From a virus (Duplodnaviria > Caudoviricetes), in IMG/VR virus record IMGVR_UViG_2627853687_000001, positions 28,861 to 92,860 of that record: a stretch of 64,000 nucleotides of DNA. One strand, written 5' to 3'. The notes below the pieces were generated by a model, which was not told the origin of the DNA, did no database searches, and was given only the letters and a program-made list of their open reading frames with translations. Below are positions 1 through 9,490 of the stretch, piece by piece. Every line of letters begins with the position of its first letter. Position 1 is the first letter of the stretch. The position numbers and the translations under genes were made by a program.

Positions 1-114
1 TACAACGGTGAGTTTCACATCCAGCGCGGTGATATCCCACGCTGCAGCGCCGTCCGAACCACGGAACGGCAGAACGGCGTCTGGTGTGAGGCGTTTGATC
101 TTAACTTGTGGCAT
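1..114 (-). CDS. dut: dUTPase, N-terminal part (runs off window edge)
   Basis: Hand-translated from ATG at 114: MPQVKIKRLTPDAVLPFRGSDGAAAWDITALD, matching the dUTPase N-terminus/motif I (xP.RGS.GAAG.DL). Not in the ORF track. Confidence 0.75.
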   Translation of the reverse strand, partial: MPQVKIKRLTPDAVLPFRGSDGAAAWDITALDVKLTVV

Positions 115-592
115 GACTTAACTCCGGTGATTTAAAGGTGTAGTGGCGGCGTTTACGAACAGAGTCCTCATACAGTGGGACGTCTGTGTACTCCACCAGC
201 CCGCGTGCAATGAGTTTCTTAACGGACTGCAGGAAAAGGGAATGGCTTACGTCAAACTCCTGACGCACGTTTCTGGCGGTGATGAACCGGCGCTTGTCGA
301 GCAGCATCAGAATGTACTCTTCAATCTTCCCCATCTTCAGGGGTGTCAGGCTGGTGGCATACGCGGCAGACACGGCCAGGGTGTATTCGTTATCAATGGA
401 TCGCGCAATCAGCCCGTTTTTTTGCAGGTCCAGCAGCGTTCCCCGGATAACGTGCGTTGACGTGTCGGGCAGGGCGCGGGTAAAGCGACGGCGCGTGGCG
501 ATACGCTCATCCTTCAGCAGCAGCAGCACGGCTGAGGCCGTTTCCGGATAGCGTGCGCGGAAAATTTTAAGTTTTGGTAAAAGGCGCTTCAA
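101..592 (-). CDS. tandem winged-helix protein, P1 Mat-like
   Basis: Two wHTH-like segments (IRGTLLDLQKNGLI; SVKKLIARGLV). Lies downstream of cre as mat does in P1. Start uncertain (TTG). Confidence 0.5.
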   Translation of the reverse strand: MKRLLPKLKIFRARYPETASAVLLLLKDERIATRRRFTRALPDTSTHVIRGTLLDLQKNGLIARSIDNEYTLAVSAAYATSLTPLKMGKIEEYILMLLDKRRFITARNVRQEFDVSHSLFLQSVKKLIARGLVEYTDVPLYEDSVRKRRHYTFKSPELSHATS

Positions 593-674
593 AGTTCTGT
601 TATCCTTGCCAGTGGTTTATTTCGGATACCTACATCCAGTGGTTAACGTTTGAACCTGATTGATTGAACGGAAT

Positions 675-702
675 AAGGGAGCCAGCGATGGTTCCCTTTT
701 TC
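675..702. terminator. intrinsic terminator-like hairpin
   Basis: aagggagcc-agcgat-ggttccctt followed by a T run. Confidence 0.5.
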
Positions 703-703
703 T

Positions 704-1162
704 TTAGTCCTGCGTCCACTTCTGGCCCGTATCCACGCACACCACGCCGTGACACACGCGCCCCTGATCCAGCCTGAAAGCCATGCCCCCTAGCTTGCTG
801 CGCCTGCGGCAGAACTGTGCGCCAGACAGATAGGCGTGCGGTACGCCGGAATCAATCGCGCCTTCCTCTGTACACTGGCCGTCTTCTGCGTCGGCATAGC
901 CACGCGCAAACTCGCTCAGCACTTCGCGCCGGTCCTCAAAGCGGATGATCTCGCCGTGGTCCTGGTCGCGTGCGTACTCGATCGCGCCGTACTTAACGAG
1001 CGATGCAATGGTTTTGGGGTGCCTGAATATTTCTTCGCCCCAGTACTGGCCGGTGCAGGAATCAACGTAAGAGCCGCTGGAATAGGTGCCGATAGGGTTA
1101 GAGATGTCGTGTGCCATAGCCACTGCCACGAAGAAGTTAACGACGTTGCCGGTAACAGACAT
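704..1162 (-). CDS. hypothetical phage protein
   Basis: 152 aa ORF coupled to the upstream ORF by a TAATG overlap at 1162. Confidence 0.65.
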   Translation of the reverse strand: MSVTGNVVNFFVAVAMAHDISNPIGTYSSGSYVDSCTGQYWGEEIFRHPKTIASLVKYGAIEYARDQDHGEIIRFEDRREVLSEFARGYADAEDGQCTEEGAIDSGVPHAYLSGAQFCRRRSKLGGMAFRLDQGRVCHGVVCVDTGQKWTQD

Positions 1163-1494
1163 TATTTCCCCATAAAGAGCCGTTCCCGGCTGCTGAAGGT
1201 GTTTGTTTCCTGCCGGGTGAATACGTTGTCCACCAGCCCGACAAATGTGGCAAATTCACTTCTGTAATACTCCAGTAGCTTATTTGCGGCGCGTTCGGTG
1301 AGGTATTCCACGTAGTACCAGGCACTGTATTGGTCGATCCTGGGTTTTTCGAGGGTCAGCAATGGGACAGATTCTGACAGCGTAGAAACGCCATACTCCA
1401 CCAGCGCCACGCCGTCGCGCTCGATGGCGGTAAAGGTCAGCTGGTGGCCGTCAATGATGAATGTGCGTGTCAGTAAGATTTGTTGTCTGGCCAT
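1162..1494 (-). CDS. hypothetical phage protein
   Basis: 110 aa ATG ORF downstream of cre, preceded by an operator-like motif at 1556-1573. Confidence 0.65.
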   Translation of the reverse strand: MARQQILLTRTFIIDGHQLTFTAIERDGVALVEYGVSTLSESVPLLTLEKPRIDQYSAWYYVEYLTERAANKLLEYYRSEFATFVGLVDNVFTRQETNTFSSRERLFMGK

Positions 1495-1587
1495 CGGTAT
1501 TCGCAGGATGCGGGATGGCCTGAATTGTGGGGGATAAAAGCTACCGTTACAATTATTATTTCTTTAGATTTCGATAAACTTAATTCT

Positions 1588-2619
1588 CTATTCTCCGTCC
1601 AGTATTCCCGACATTTTGCCTTTCTGGCTTTCAGAGCGACGCAGGTAGCGCATAACGGTTTTTGGGTCCTGCCATGTGCCTTCCTGCATGATCTGCGTAA
1701 TTGTGGCGTCGCGTTCTGCCATATCCATCGCCGCACCTACGCGGGCGCTGTGACCGGACCATTTCGCATAACGGCCTTTATTGTCCTGTACCGGCTCTTT
1801 ACCCAGCAGATCCCAGGCGTCTTTGAATATCTTCTCAGTTGCCGGTGCTGACATAGGCTTTTCAGACACGCCAGCCGTGTTGTTGTGCCGGACCGGCCCA
1901 AAAACCATCGCGTCAGGATGATGAATCAGCCCGGATAGCTCCAGCCAGTGCAGCAGGTGACCGGCAGCGGCGCGGCTGAGGTGCTTAATCACGCCAGCCG
2001 CCGTGACCATCGTCTTTGTGTGAGACAGGTTAATGATCACATGGCCACTGTCGCTGATATCCAGATCGCGCACCCGGATTCGGCTGAGCTCGGACATACG
2101 GCACAGGGTGTTGTAGGCGACAAACAGGAATGCCAGGTTGCGCTGATCGGTCAGCCGTTCGGACCGGCCCATCAGGTGCGACAGTAGCTGCAGGTCTGGC
2201 AGTCGGAACGGCACAGCCTGGCCGGTGCGCTCACCCTGCAGAACGGCTTCACGCCGGATGCGTTTCAGGGAGCGTTTCAGGTCCACGCTTCCCCTGAGTT
2301 CAGGGAGTCCACTTTCCCGGCACAGCATGTTCATCATGGCGTAATGCTTGTCGATGGTGCTGGATGCCAGGCCGCTTTCTGCCATGTCGAGGAAGTATTC
2401 CCGCGCCAGATCCGGGTCGATCGGCAGATACCCAACGTCACGCTCATTACACCAGAAGGCCCAGCGGCGGATGACAGATAAAAGGTCGCGGAAAGTATTC
2501 TCGGAATAAGCGGCCTTATCTGCGATGAATCTCCGCAGGTTATTAGCAATGTCTTCCGGCGTTAATTGAGTTAATTCTGCCGGGAGAGCGCCGGTTTTTA
2601 TTTGAGCCAGATGTTTCAT
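1588..2619 (-). CDS. cre: Cre/Dre-family tyrosine site-specific recombinase
   Basis: 343 aa; RNLAFLFVAYNTLCRMSE (catalytic R), TKT (K), WSGHSARVGAA (H-x-x-R), W and MRY (Y), collinear with Cre/Dre. Confidence 0.97.
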   Translation of the reverse strand: MKHLAQIKTGALPAELTQLTPEDIANNLRRFIADKAAYSENTFRDLLSVIRRWAFWCNERDVGYLPIDPDLAREYFLDMAESGLASSTIDKHYAMMNMLCRESGLPELRGSVDLKRSLKRIRREAVLQGERTGQAVPFRLPDLQLLSHLMGRSERLTDQRNLAFLFVAYNTLCRMSELSRIRVRDLDISDSGHVIINLSHTKTMVTAAGVIKHLSRAAAGHLLHWLELSGLIHHPDAMVFGPVRHNNTAGVSEKPMSAPATEKIFKDAWDLLGKEPVQDNKGRYAKWSGHSARVGAAMDMAERDATITQIMQEGTWQDPKTVMRYLRRSESQKGKMSGILDGE

Positions 2620-2809
2620 TTATATATTCCATCCCAAATCAGAGAGACAACGCTACGCGAAATCTACGAAAACAGCAGGGGTGTCATGCGTCAGATTTCA
2701 CGTAGCGACGCCTGATGCAAAACCGCTCACAAAGCACTCAGTTTGCCAGCGGTTCCGCTTACCTGATCATTTGATCATCAAACACTGATCAAGCATACAT
2801 GAAACAGGG

Positions 2810-2843
2810 GTAACTTTATATAAGGCTTATTATTTAAAGTTTC
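2810..2843. other. lox/rox/pox-like 34-bp recombination site
   Basis: GTAACTTTATATA-AGGCTTAT-TATTTAAAGTTTC: 13-bp arms (11/13 inverted match), 8-bp asymmetric spacer, located between cre and c1 like loxP. Confidence 0.9.
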
Positions 2844-3120
2844 CTTTTTCGGCACATTTTGCCCGATGCCTGCTTTAGAGAGTAGCTAAATCGAAAAATT
2901 TGCAAATTCGTTACGTTATTGTTCGTGATCGCCAGGGTGCCTTCATATATGATCATTTGGCATTCATTTGATTGCTTTCCGAAACTGTTATCACTGGAAA
3001 CCTTCGGGTGGCACTCGTAGTGCCGGGTAACAGACACACACTTTTTGCACACAGTTTCATTAGCGAGCCTGTACAGCAGAAATATCTGACAGATGCCAAA
3101 TGCAGACTATTCTTATTATT

Positions 3121-3170
3121 GCAATTCTAAGGAGAGTTAATTTTACATGGCTACTGTTTCTGTCTATATT
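3121..3170 (+). promoter_or_regulatory. c1 promoter with adjacent C1-type operator
   Basis: GCAATTCTAAGGAGAG motif directly followed by TTTACA-17-TATATT. Confidence 0.6.
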
Positions 3171-3228
3171 CGCCTGCATTAAGTCCAGAGAGACTTGTAC
3201 CGCTCATTAATATTTTTGGAATACAATT

Positions 3229-4308
3229 ATGCCTAACTTCAGCGATGTAGAATTTGAGAAGCGTTATAAACATTTTCTACAGGTACAAAAAGAGTGGCTG
3301 ACTCTCATCACGGACAACCAGATTTTTAGCGATAGAAACTCCCTGGGTGAAGAATGCCGCCCGATTGGCTTTATCACTGACAAGAAAGCCTTTAAGCGTG
3401 CCGAGCACCTGCTGGCTGACTGGCAGAGCTTTGCAGACCTGGCAGAAGAAAAGCGCAAAGAGCGCTCTATCGCGATCACCACGAACCTCTATCTGCCGGT
3501 TCCTGTACTGATCACCAATCCAAAGCACGTCACTATTAACCGCTTCCGTGCAACGGCCACCGCGAACCACACCCGCGAAGATATCCTTAAGCGTTATGAG
3601 AAGCAGATAAACAAGCTGCGTAAAGTTCCTTTTGCTGCCGGTGCAATCATGTCGCTGGAAGATGAAATGAAAGGGATTGAAGCTGCAGCGCCAGGCGCAA
3701 TGTACCGCGCACGCACTAGCAACTATTCTGATATCCAAGTAACAGCGCGCTATACCGATGATAAGAAAGATGAAGGTGAATCTTTCCGCTATGGCGCACA
3801 TGGGATGCTGATTTACGGCGACAAGCTGGATAAAGAGCGCGATATCAAGCTGAACGTTACGAGTAACGGTAATTACACGTCGCCATACGATGCTATCTCA
3901 CCCGTACCATGTTCAATCCTGCCTAATGCCAAGCTGTACACCATGGAAGACGTGGAATATAGCAAGGTGCTGGCCGCGCAGCGTTCCTCAGTGGCGTACA
4001 CCGTAAACACACGCCGTGCTCAGTTTGAGAACAGGGCAAAGGCTAAGATTGCGAAGGCAAAAGACGCAGCGGAAGCGCGTCTGTTTAAAGCTGAAATCGA
4101 AGAAAACCGCGATTTGCTGGAGAAGCTGGAAGCCTACGACTGGGCGCTCCTGGATAAGAAGGTAGCCGCTGGTGATACAGAACAGTTGACGATGCCTGAA
4201 ATCCGTAAGCGTTACGGCGGAGAAGAGCCTCGCGCCGGAAAGAATATGCGTAACATGTACAGCCTGCTGCGTGAACTGGAAAGTAACCTGAAAAATCAGG
4301 ACAAATAA
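3229..4308 (+). CDS. c1: C1 primary repressor homolog
   Basis: Blocks RPIGFI, LYLPVPVL and SPYDAISPVPCSILPNAKLY.MEDVE resemble P1 C1. Convergent with pacB next to lox/cre as in P1. C-terminus is longer. Confidence 0.8.
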   Translation: MPNFSDVEFEKRYKHFLQVQKEWLTLITDNQIFSDRNSLGEECRPIGFITDKKAFKRAEHLLADWQSFADLAEEKRKERSIAITTNLYLPVPVLITNPKHVTINRFRATATANHTREDILKRYEKQINKLRKVPFAAGAIMSLEDEMKGIEAAAPGAMYRARTSNYSDIQVTARYTDDKKDEGESFRYGAHGMLIYGDKLDKERDIKLNVTSNGNYTSPYDAISPVPCSILPNAKLYTMEDVEYSKVLAAQRSSVAYTVNTRRAQFENRAKAKIAKAKDAAEARLFKAEIEENRDLLEKLEAYDWALLDKKVAAGDTEQLTMPEIRKRYGGEEPRAGKNMRNMYSLLRELESNLKNQDK

Positions 4309-4338
4309 TCAGTATTCTGCCACCAGCAGGGAAAACAG

Positions 4339-4362
4339 AAGGGCGCACAAGCGCCCTTTTTT
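4339..4362 (+). terminator. intrinsic terminator after c1
   Basis: aagggcgc-acaa-gcgccctt + tttt. Confidence 0.8.
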
Positions 4363-4431
4363 ATAGCTATTAATCAACCTGCCTGTGTCTTTCTTATCCG
4401 TTTACTGACTATAGTGGTTATCTGCTGGTGG

Positions 4432-5943
4432 TCAGGTCAGCAACGCATCCAGCTCTGACAGTTCATCCAGCTTGCTCTGTGTGAAATCGGCCATATCTTC
4501 GCTCAGTTCGGCCTCAGCCGGACGGTAGCCAATCAGGAAAATGAAGCAGTAAGTATCCCAGCGGTCAGGCGACTTGATGTTAAGTTTCTGGCGCATCTGT
4601 GGCTTAGGCACCATCATGATCCGCCCCATTTCATCCATAAAGTACGGAATCTTTGAGGCCTGCTCTGCCGTGTGCTGTGAGATATCTATGCGCATCCTGC
4701 CCGACCGGATCGCATCAGCGGCCATGATGTTCGACCAGGCGCGCTGGTTCTTGAATCGCTCCCTCACCTTCTTACTGAATGGCGGCTGGCCCCAGCGGAT
4801 GCTGACAGCGTTAACGCCCCTGCGCTCCAGCTGCTTAAGCGTACCCGAACCCACGCCGTCACCATCGACCGCAATGGTAATGCCCGGATAGCGCTCCTGC
4901 GTGCATTCATTGGCGATGTAGTCACCGAATGAGATCGGGTCCATCGTACCGGGCATTTCCACCAGCTTAAACGACACGACACGGCGCGCATCACCGTACC
5001 CGGATACTTTACAGATGTTGAGTATCGACTTATCACGCCCGTTACCGACGTCAGCGGTAGCAACCCAGCCCCAGCCCTTCTCCAGAAACACTTTGCGGCG
5101 TGCTGCGCGATCGCACTCGTCACGCCCCAGCAGATAGCCGCTGACGTTGCGCGGGAAGCGGCCCAGCACCTTCACCATGTATTCCAGTGAGTCGCGGCCC
5201 CCGTACTCCACCAGCTTTTCACGGATGAATTTCAGGGTAACGTGCGGCGCTTCCTCGGAATTGAGGACAATGGCATTCCAGAAGCCGTTAGGGTTATCCG
5301 CGTGTCTGGCTAACGAATGGTGCGAGTCATAGAAGTAACCACTGGGGCGAGTAGGCTGCGACATCATCAGCATGCGGTTATCTTCTTCTGTCAGCGCACC
5401 ACGCATGATTGCGATCGCTTTGTCAGAGATACCCGACGCCTCATCAAGGATCAGCAGAATGTGCGCGGCGTGCTCACCGGCAAGCGCTTCCTCGTTACCC
5501 AGGCGATAGCCCTTACACAGCACCTCCCATATACCCTTACGCGACTTCTCATAAAACATCGTGTCAGTCAGGGTGAAGTAGTTTTGTAGCCACGGGTGAC
5601 GTCTGGAGGCGTTCGCCCAGTAGGTTTTGACGTACTTGAATACGCCGGTCTTAACCTGCCCGATTTTGTTGGCCACGATGATTACACGGGCATCCGGATA
5701 CATGAGCATGTAGATAAGCAGCATCATGGCCGTAAGGGATGATTTACCGGTACCGTGTCCGGACGTCACTGTAGTCTGACTCCCCGTCTCCTGTACGGAG
5801 TTCATGATCTCTTCCTGCTGCCAGGTGGGGATCATGCCAAATAGCTCAACGACGGCCAGCGCCCAGTTGTAGCGGTAGCGGATAACCATATCCCGCCAGC
5901 GCAGGTCAGTGGTGACGCTCTTTATGCGCTTCTGGCCACCCAT
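4432..5943 (-). CDS. pacB: terminase large subunit
   Basis: Walker A SGHGTGKS, Walker B ILDEASG, RNase H-like ADVG...KSPDRWD. Confidence 0.95.
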   Translation of the reverse strand: MGGQKRIKSVTTDLRWRDMVIRYRYNWALAVVELFGMIPTWQQEEIMNSVQETGSQTTVTSGHGTGKSSLTAMMLLIYMLMYPDARVIIVANKIGQVKTGVFKYVKTYWANASRRHPWLQNYFTLTDTMFYEKSRKGIWEVLCKGYRLGNEEALAGEHAAHILLILDEASGISDKAIAIMRGALTEEDNRMLMMSQPTRPSGYFYDSHHSLARHADNPNGFWNAIVLNSEEAPHVTLKFIREKLVEYGGRDSLEYMVKVLGRFPRNVSGYLLGRDECDRAARRKVFLEKGWGWVATADVGNGRDKSILNICKVSGYGDARRVVSFKLVEMPGTMDPISFGDYIANECTQERYPGITIAVDGDGVGSGTLKQLERRGVNAVSIRWGQPPFSKKVRERFKNQRAWSNIMAADAIRSGRMRIDISQHTAEQASKIPYFMDEMGRIMMVPKPQMRQKLNIKSPDRWDTYCFIFLIGYRPAEAELSEDMADFTQSKLDELSELDALLT

Positions 5944-7220
5944 CAGGCTTCGTCCTCGCCCGGTATAACGTCTATCTCAGGCGGCATGTCGTCTATGTCG
6001 TCGCCGTACAGCTCCGCCGTGGCCATGTAGTCAAAGTTGCCGTTGAGATTACCCTCGCCCGCTGTTTCGCCGGCGCGGTTCTCTCCGTCTGCCTGGACGT
6101 CACCAAATCCGCCGCCATCAACCAGCGCTGCCACTTCCGCACGGCGCGACTCAACAAACGCCGCGCTATTGGCCTGCTGTTCCCGGAACTTACGCGCATC
6201 CCGGTCCAGTTCGTCCTCAGTGACCGCGCCGCGCTCATCAACTGGCGGTTCGGCGTTCTTGAGCTCGTTCTCAAGGCGTCTGGATAGTGACTCTGGCAGT
6301 TTGATACCGTGCCGCTCGATGTACTCCGCCGTCTCCAGTAAATCCCAGTCCTTTTCCTCGCGCAGCTGATAGGCACGGCTGATCACCTCACCGGCGTTAT
6401 GAGTCAGCGCATGCTTCTCATTGTCTCGCCGGTTCTTATCGGTGCCGCTGGCGATCGCCGCTACCCGTGTGGCGTGGTCATTGACGAGATAGCCGACCTC
6501 GATCATCAGCTTTGTCATTTTCAGGATGGGATGTGGTCCGCCGCCGCCTTCGTCATCATCCTTTTTGCCGCCGTTCTTCAGGTTGTCGGCTTCCAGCTCA
6601 AACAGTTCGACCGCACGCGCCGTGGTGCGCTTCAGCAGGTCCATGTGGGCCAGTGAGTCAAACAGCACTGTCATGGCGCTGGCTTCGACACCCTCGCCCA
6701 GCACCTCTAAAGCCGCTTCATAATCCTGCGGCCGCGGGTAGCCACGCCGGTTGGCGACCAGCTTAGTCTCGTTACCTTCCTCAAAGGGTTTACCCTCCCC
6801 GCGGGGCTTCGGGGTGTGCTTCGGGCGCCCGGAATCTTGAACACTGTCATTTATGATCTTTTTGGCGTGTGAAGCATTGGGCTTTTTCTTCGCGCCAGGC
6901 TGCGCTGCTGTCTCTTCGCGTGGTTCCAGTACCCCCTCTAAAGCCGTGCTGTGCCTGAGTTTTCGCCCGTTTTGGCGGATGATCAGGTCTTCTTTTCTGG
7001 TGTGACCATTCTGATGATCAGAAGCGTGATCACTCAAATGATCATGATTGTGATCACCAGCCTGATCACGCATTGCGGCCAGCGCTTTGCCGTTCAGCTC
7101 CCGGCGTGCGGTGTTAAACGGCAGACCGTAGTGCTCACAGTACTCTTTGACGGTTATCCCGCTCTGCGCCTTCTGCTCGATGAAGGCTTTTCTGTGGTCA
7201 TCCCAGTTAACTTTGGACAT
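5943..7220 (-). CDS. pacA: terminase small subunit
   Basis: N-terminal HTH (ITVKEYCEHYGLPFNTARREL), DH repeats encoded by the pac hexamers, coupled to pacB. Confidence 0.9.
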   Translation of the reverse strand: MSKVNWDDHRKAFIEQKAQSGITVKEYCEHYGLPFNTARRELNGKALAAMRDQAGDHNHDHLSDHASDHQNGHTRKEDLIIRQNGRKLRHSTALEGVLEPREETAAQPGAKKKPNASHAKKIINDSVQDSGRPKHTPKPRGEGKPFEEGNETKLVANRRGYPRPQDYEAALEVLGEGVEASAMTVLFDSLAHMDLLKRTTARAVELFELEADNLKNGGKKDDDEGGGGPHPILKMTKLMIEVGYLVNDHATRVAAIASGTDKNRRDNEKHALTHNAGEVISRAYQLREEKDWDLLETAEYIERHGIKLPESLSRRLENELKNAEPPVDERGAVTEDELDRDARKFREQQANSAAFVESRRAEVAALVDGGGFGDVQADGENRAGETAGEGNLNGNFDYMATAELYGDDIDDMPPEIDVIPGEDEA

Positions 7221-7296
7221 GGTTTATCGTTCAAAAGAGGCCAATAAACCGGGATGGTATGGAGTCTGTAATTTGCAGTGATCACAATAATGATCA
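6980..7296. repeat. pac site: TGATCA hexamer arrays
   Basis: TGATCA at 6980, 7015, 7027, 7039, 7051, 7063, then 7279 and 7291 (12-bp period within clusters), at the 5' end of pacA like P1 pac. Confidence 0.85.
7254..7274 (-). promoter_or_regulatory. late-promoter motif upstream of pacA
   Basis: AAATTACAGACTCCATACCAT, one of 7 aligned copies upstream of late genes. Confidence 0.75.
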
Positions 7297-7405
7297 GGTA
7301 CTACACAAACGCGCTGGAAAGTTACCGTTTAAGTGTCATTTTTTTAAAATTAGTGATACTTTTAAACCTCAATCAAAGTACGAAATAAACCACTGGATAA
7401 TTTAA

Positions 7406-8530
7406 ATGACTAATAAAAAAGCTGTTTTAGTAGCTGTAGATGCGGGTTCAGGTAACGTTACGATTGCCTATGAGGAAAACGGCCAATGGCTTTCCCTCAT
7501 TACCCCTTCATTGGTCCATGAGGGCCACCAGCAGTCCTACTCAAACCATGCGTCAGCTACCTGGTTTACCGAAAATGATAATGGGAACGAAGCAGCCTAT
7601 ACCGTCGTTAAAAAGGGCTTTACTGACCTGTACGACACCTGCGACCCGGACTACCAGATTTCCGCCCCACACCGTGTGCTGGTTCATGAATGCCTGAAAC
7701 GTGCTGGCATCGTGGATTGCGACGTCATCCTGGGTGAAACCCTGCCAATCGGGCAGTTCTACAGCGGCACCGGCGTTATCAATCAGGACCGTATCAACCG
7801 CAAAGTTGAAAGCCTGAAAAAGCCTGTGCGCAACTACAGCGGCGACGTCGCGCCAGCGCGTATAAGACACGTTGAAGTCTTCCCGGAAGCCGTACCGGCG
7901 ATTCTGGCCGCACAGACAGAGTTTCCTGATCTGGAGCAGGCACAGACCATTCTCGTGATTGATATCGGCCGATTCACCTGTGATATCGCTATCGTGGATG
8001 AAGAGCTGGTGCCAATTAAAAAGGCCAGCTTTGAGCACGGCATTCAGAAGATGATCAACCGCGTTCTGGTGCTGCTGCAGGAGTTTGAAAAGACTTCCGG
8101 GCGCTCATTCAACGCAGAAGAAATCCCGGTTGGCATCGTGGACGACATTATCCGTCAGGGCTATATCGGTTCACGTATGGAAGCCGCTAAAGACAAGCGT
8201 ATCGACGTAACCAGCGTTATCGATCAGGCAGCGGGGGAACTGGCGTCAGAAATCTGGCGTGACGTGCGTTCTTTACTGCGCAACGTAATTGCCCTTGATG
8301 CTGTTCTGGTTGTTGGTGGCGGTGCTAACTATCTGGCTGGCCGTCAGGCAGGCCTGAGCGACCATACAGCTGATTGGCACGATATGGTCATCATCCCGGC
8401 ACAGCCAGAGCTTTCCATTGCGCGTGGCGTATTCATGGCGCTTATGTCGTCAGAGGATGAGCTGCGCGAAACGATCAAAGAGACGGCAAAAGTAAGCGAC
8501 ATTAAAAGCCGCGCCAGCGATAAAGGTTAA
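7406..8530 (+). CDS. parM: ParM/StbA actin-like plasmid segregation ATPase
   Basis: Actin-fold motifs VDAGSG, PEAVPA, IDIGRFTCD, VGGGAN. Confidence 0.92.
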   Translation: MTNKKAVLVAVDAGSGNVTIAYEENGQWLSLITPSLVHEGHQQSYSNHASATWFTENDNGNEAAYTVVKKGFTDLYDTCDPDYQISAPHRVLVHECLKRAGIVDCDVILGETLPIGQFYSGTGVINQDRINRKVESLKKPVRNYSGDVAPARIRHVEVFPEAVPAILAAQTEFPDLEQAQTILVIDIGRFTCDIAIVDEELVPIKKASFEHGIQKMINRVLVLLQEFEKTSGRSFNAEEIPVGIVDDIIRQGYIGSRMEAAKDKRIDVTSVIDQAAGELASEIWRDVRSLLRNVIALDAVLVVGGGANYLAGRQAGLSDHTADWHDMVIIPAQPELSIARGVFMALMSSEDELRETIKETAKVSDIKSRASDKG

Positions 8531-8532
8531 CT

Positions 8533-9066
8533 ATGAGTCAGGTATTAAGATTAAGTGGGCTGGAGGACGACGGGTTACTCACCGGCGCTGCTCTGGCTGA
8601 ATATAACCGGTTGCAGACCAACGCGGCCAAGCGTAGCTATCTGGTGCGCCTGGTGCGCAGTGGCTACGCGCTGGATGAAATGGGCCTGAGTCCCGTCATC
8701 GAGCTGTTGCAGACAACGGATGGCAAGAAGTTCCTGAAAATGTCTGAGCGTGAGCGCCTGCAGCGTCTGCTTACCATGATTAGCGCCCTCCTGGGTGAAA
8801 GCGCTGGCGTGCCGGTTGCTGCTGCCCCACCAGCGACAGAAAAGGCTATGCCGGAGTCCGTCGAGCCACCAGCGGCAGAATCTGCGCCAGTGGAACCCGT
8901 CGCTGCAGCTGAGCCTGCACAGCCAGTCGCTACGTCTGCCCGGAGTTCATCTGAGTCTCTGGAAGATGATGATAGGCCACAGGCATGGGGCAATCCGGCT
9001 ATGGCTAACGCAGGCAAGGCACGCAGCCTGCTTAACGCTAACAAAAAGAACGTCGGACAGTCCTGA
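8533..9066 (+). CDS. ParR/StbB-like centromere-binding adaptor
   Basis: Starts 2 bp after parM; N-terminal helical domain (LVRSGYAL) with a disordered Pro/Ala-rich C-terminus. Confidence 0.7.
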   Translation: MSQVLRLSGLEDDGLLTGAALAEYNRLQTNAAKRSYLVRLVRSGYALDEMGLSPVIELLQTTDGKKFLKMSERERLQRLLTMISALLGESAGVPVAAAPPATEKAMPESVEPPAAESAPVEPVAAAEPAQPVATSARSSSESLEDDDRPQAWGNPAMANAGKARSLLNANKKNVGQS

Positions 9067-9082
9067 TTACCCTCAGCCCCGT

Positions 9083-9490
9083 TCACATGAGCGGGGCATT
9101 TTCGATTCTTCCCCTTCTGCACATATCCATCAGTTCCCTTGCCAGCGCGCATACTGACAGCTGTTCCAGTTCCTTTTTTTGGAGAACCATCTTCGTGGCG
9201 CTTTCCACGCACAGCGATTCGTAATTCAGATCCTTTCTTCCGCGCACCTTGAAGATATAGCCGTTCATGGCCTCCAGGCGATACTGCCGGGGATAGGCGT
9301 CAGGGTGAACCCGGCACTGTGCGAACGGGGAACGGACAAAAGAGCGCAGGATATTGGAGATAATGCCGGTATTCACCACTAAGTGCGGGTATTCCGTTTC
9401 CACCAGCCTGGTAACTTCGGCCACTGTCATGTAGTCCCGCCTGCGTATTAACAGATCGGCCACCTCTATACTGCTCACCTTTTTGTCCAT
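9083..9490 (-). CDS. lpa: late promoter activator (gp10) homolog
   Basis: KVSSIEVADLLIR...ETEYPHL...YPRQYRL resembles P1 Lpa; upstream of pacA; operator motif at 9518. Confidence 0.8.
   Translation of the reverse strand: MDKKVSSIEVADLLIRRRDYMTVAEVTRLVETEYPHLVVNTGIISNILRSFVRSPFAQCRVHPDAYPRQYRLEAMNGYIFKVRGRKDLNYESLCVESATKMVLQKKELEQLSVCALARELMDMCRRGRIENAPLM

Noticed and set aside
2834-3052. 72-aa ORF as coi/cra/imc
   Set aside because: It overlaps the lox-like site, has a weak start and shows no recognisable similarity. No convincing coi was found upstream of c1.
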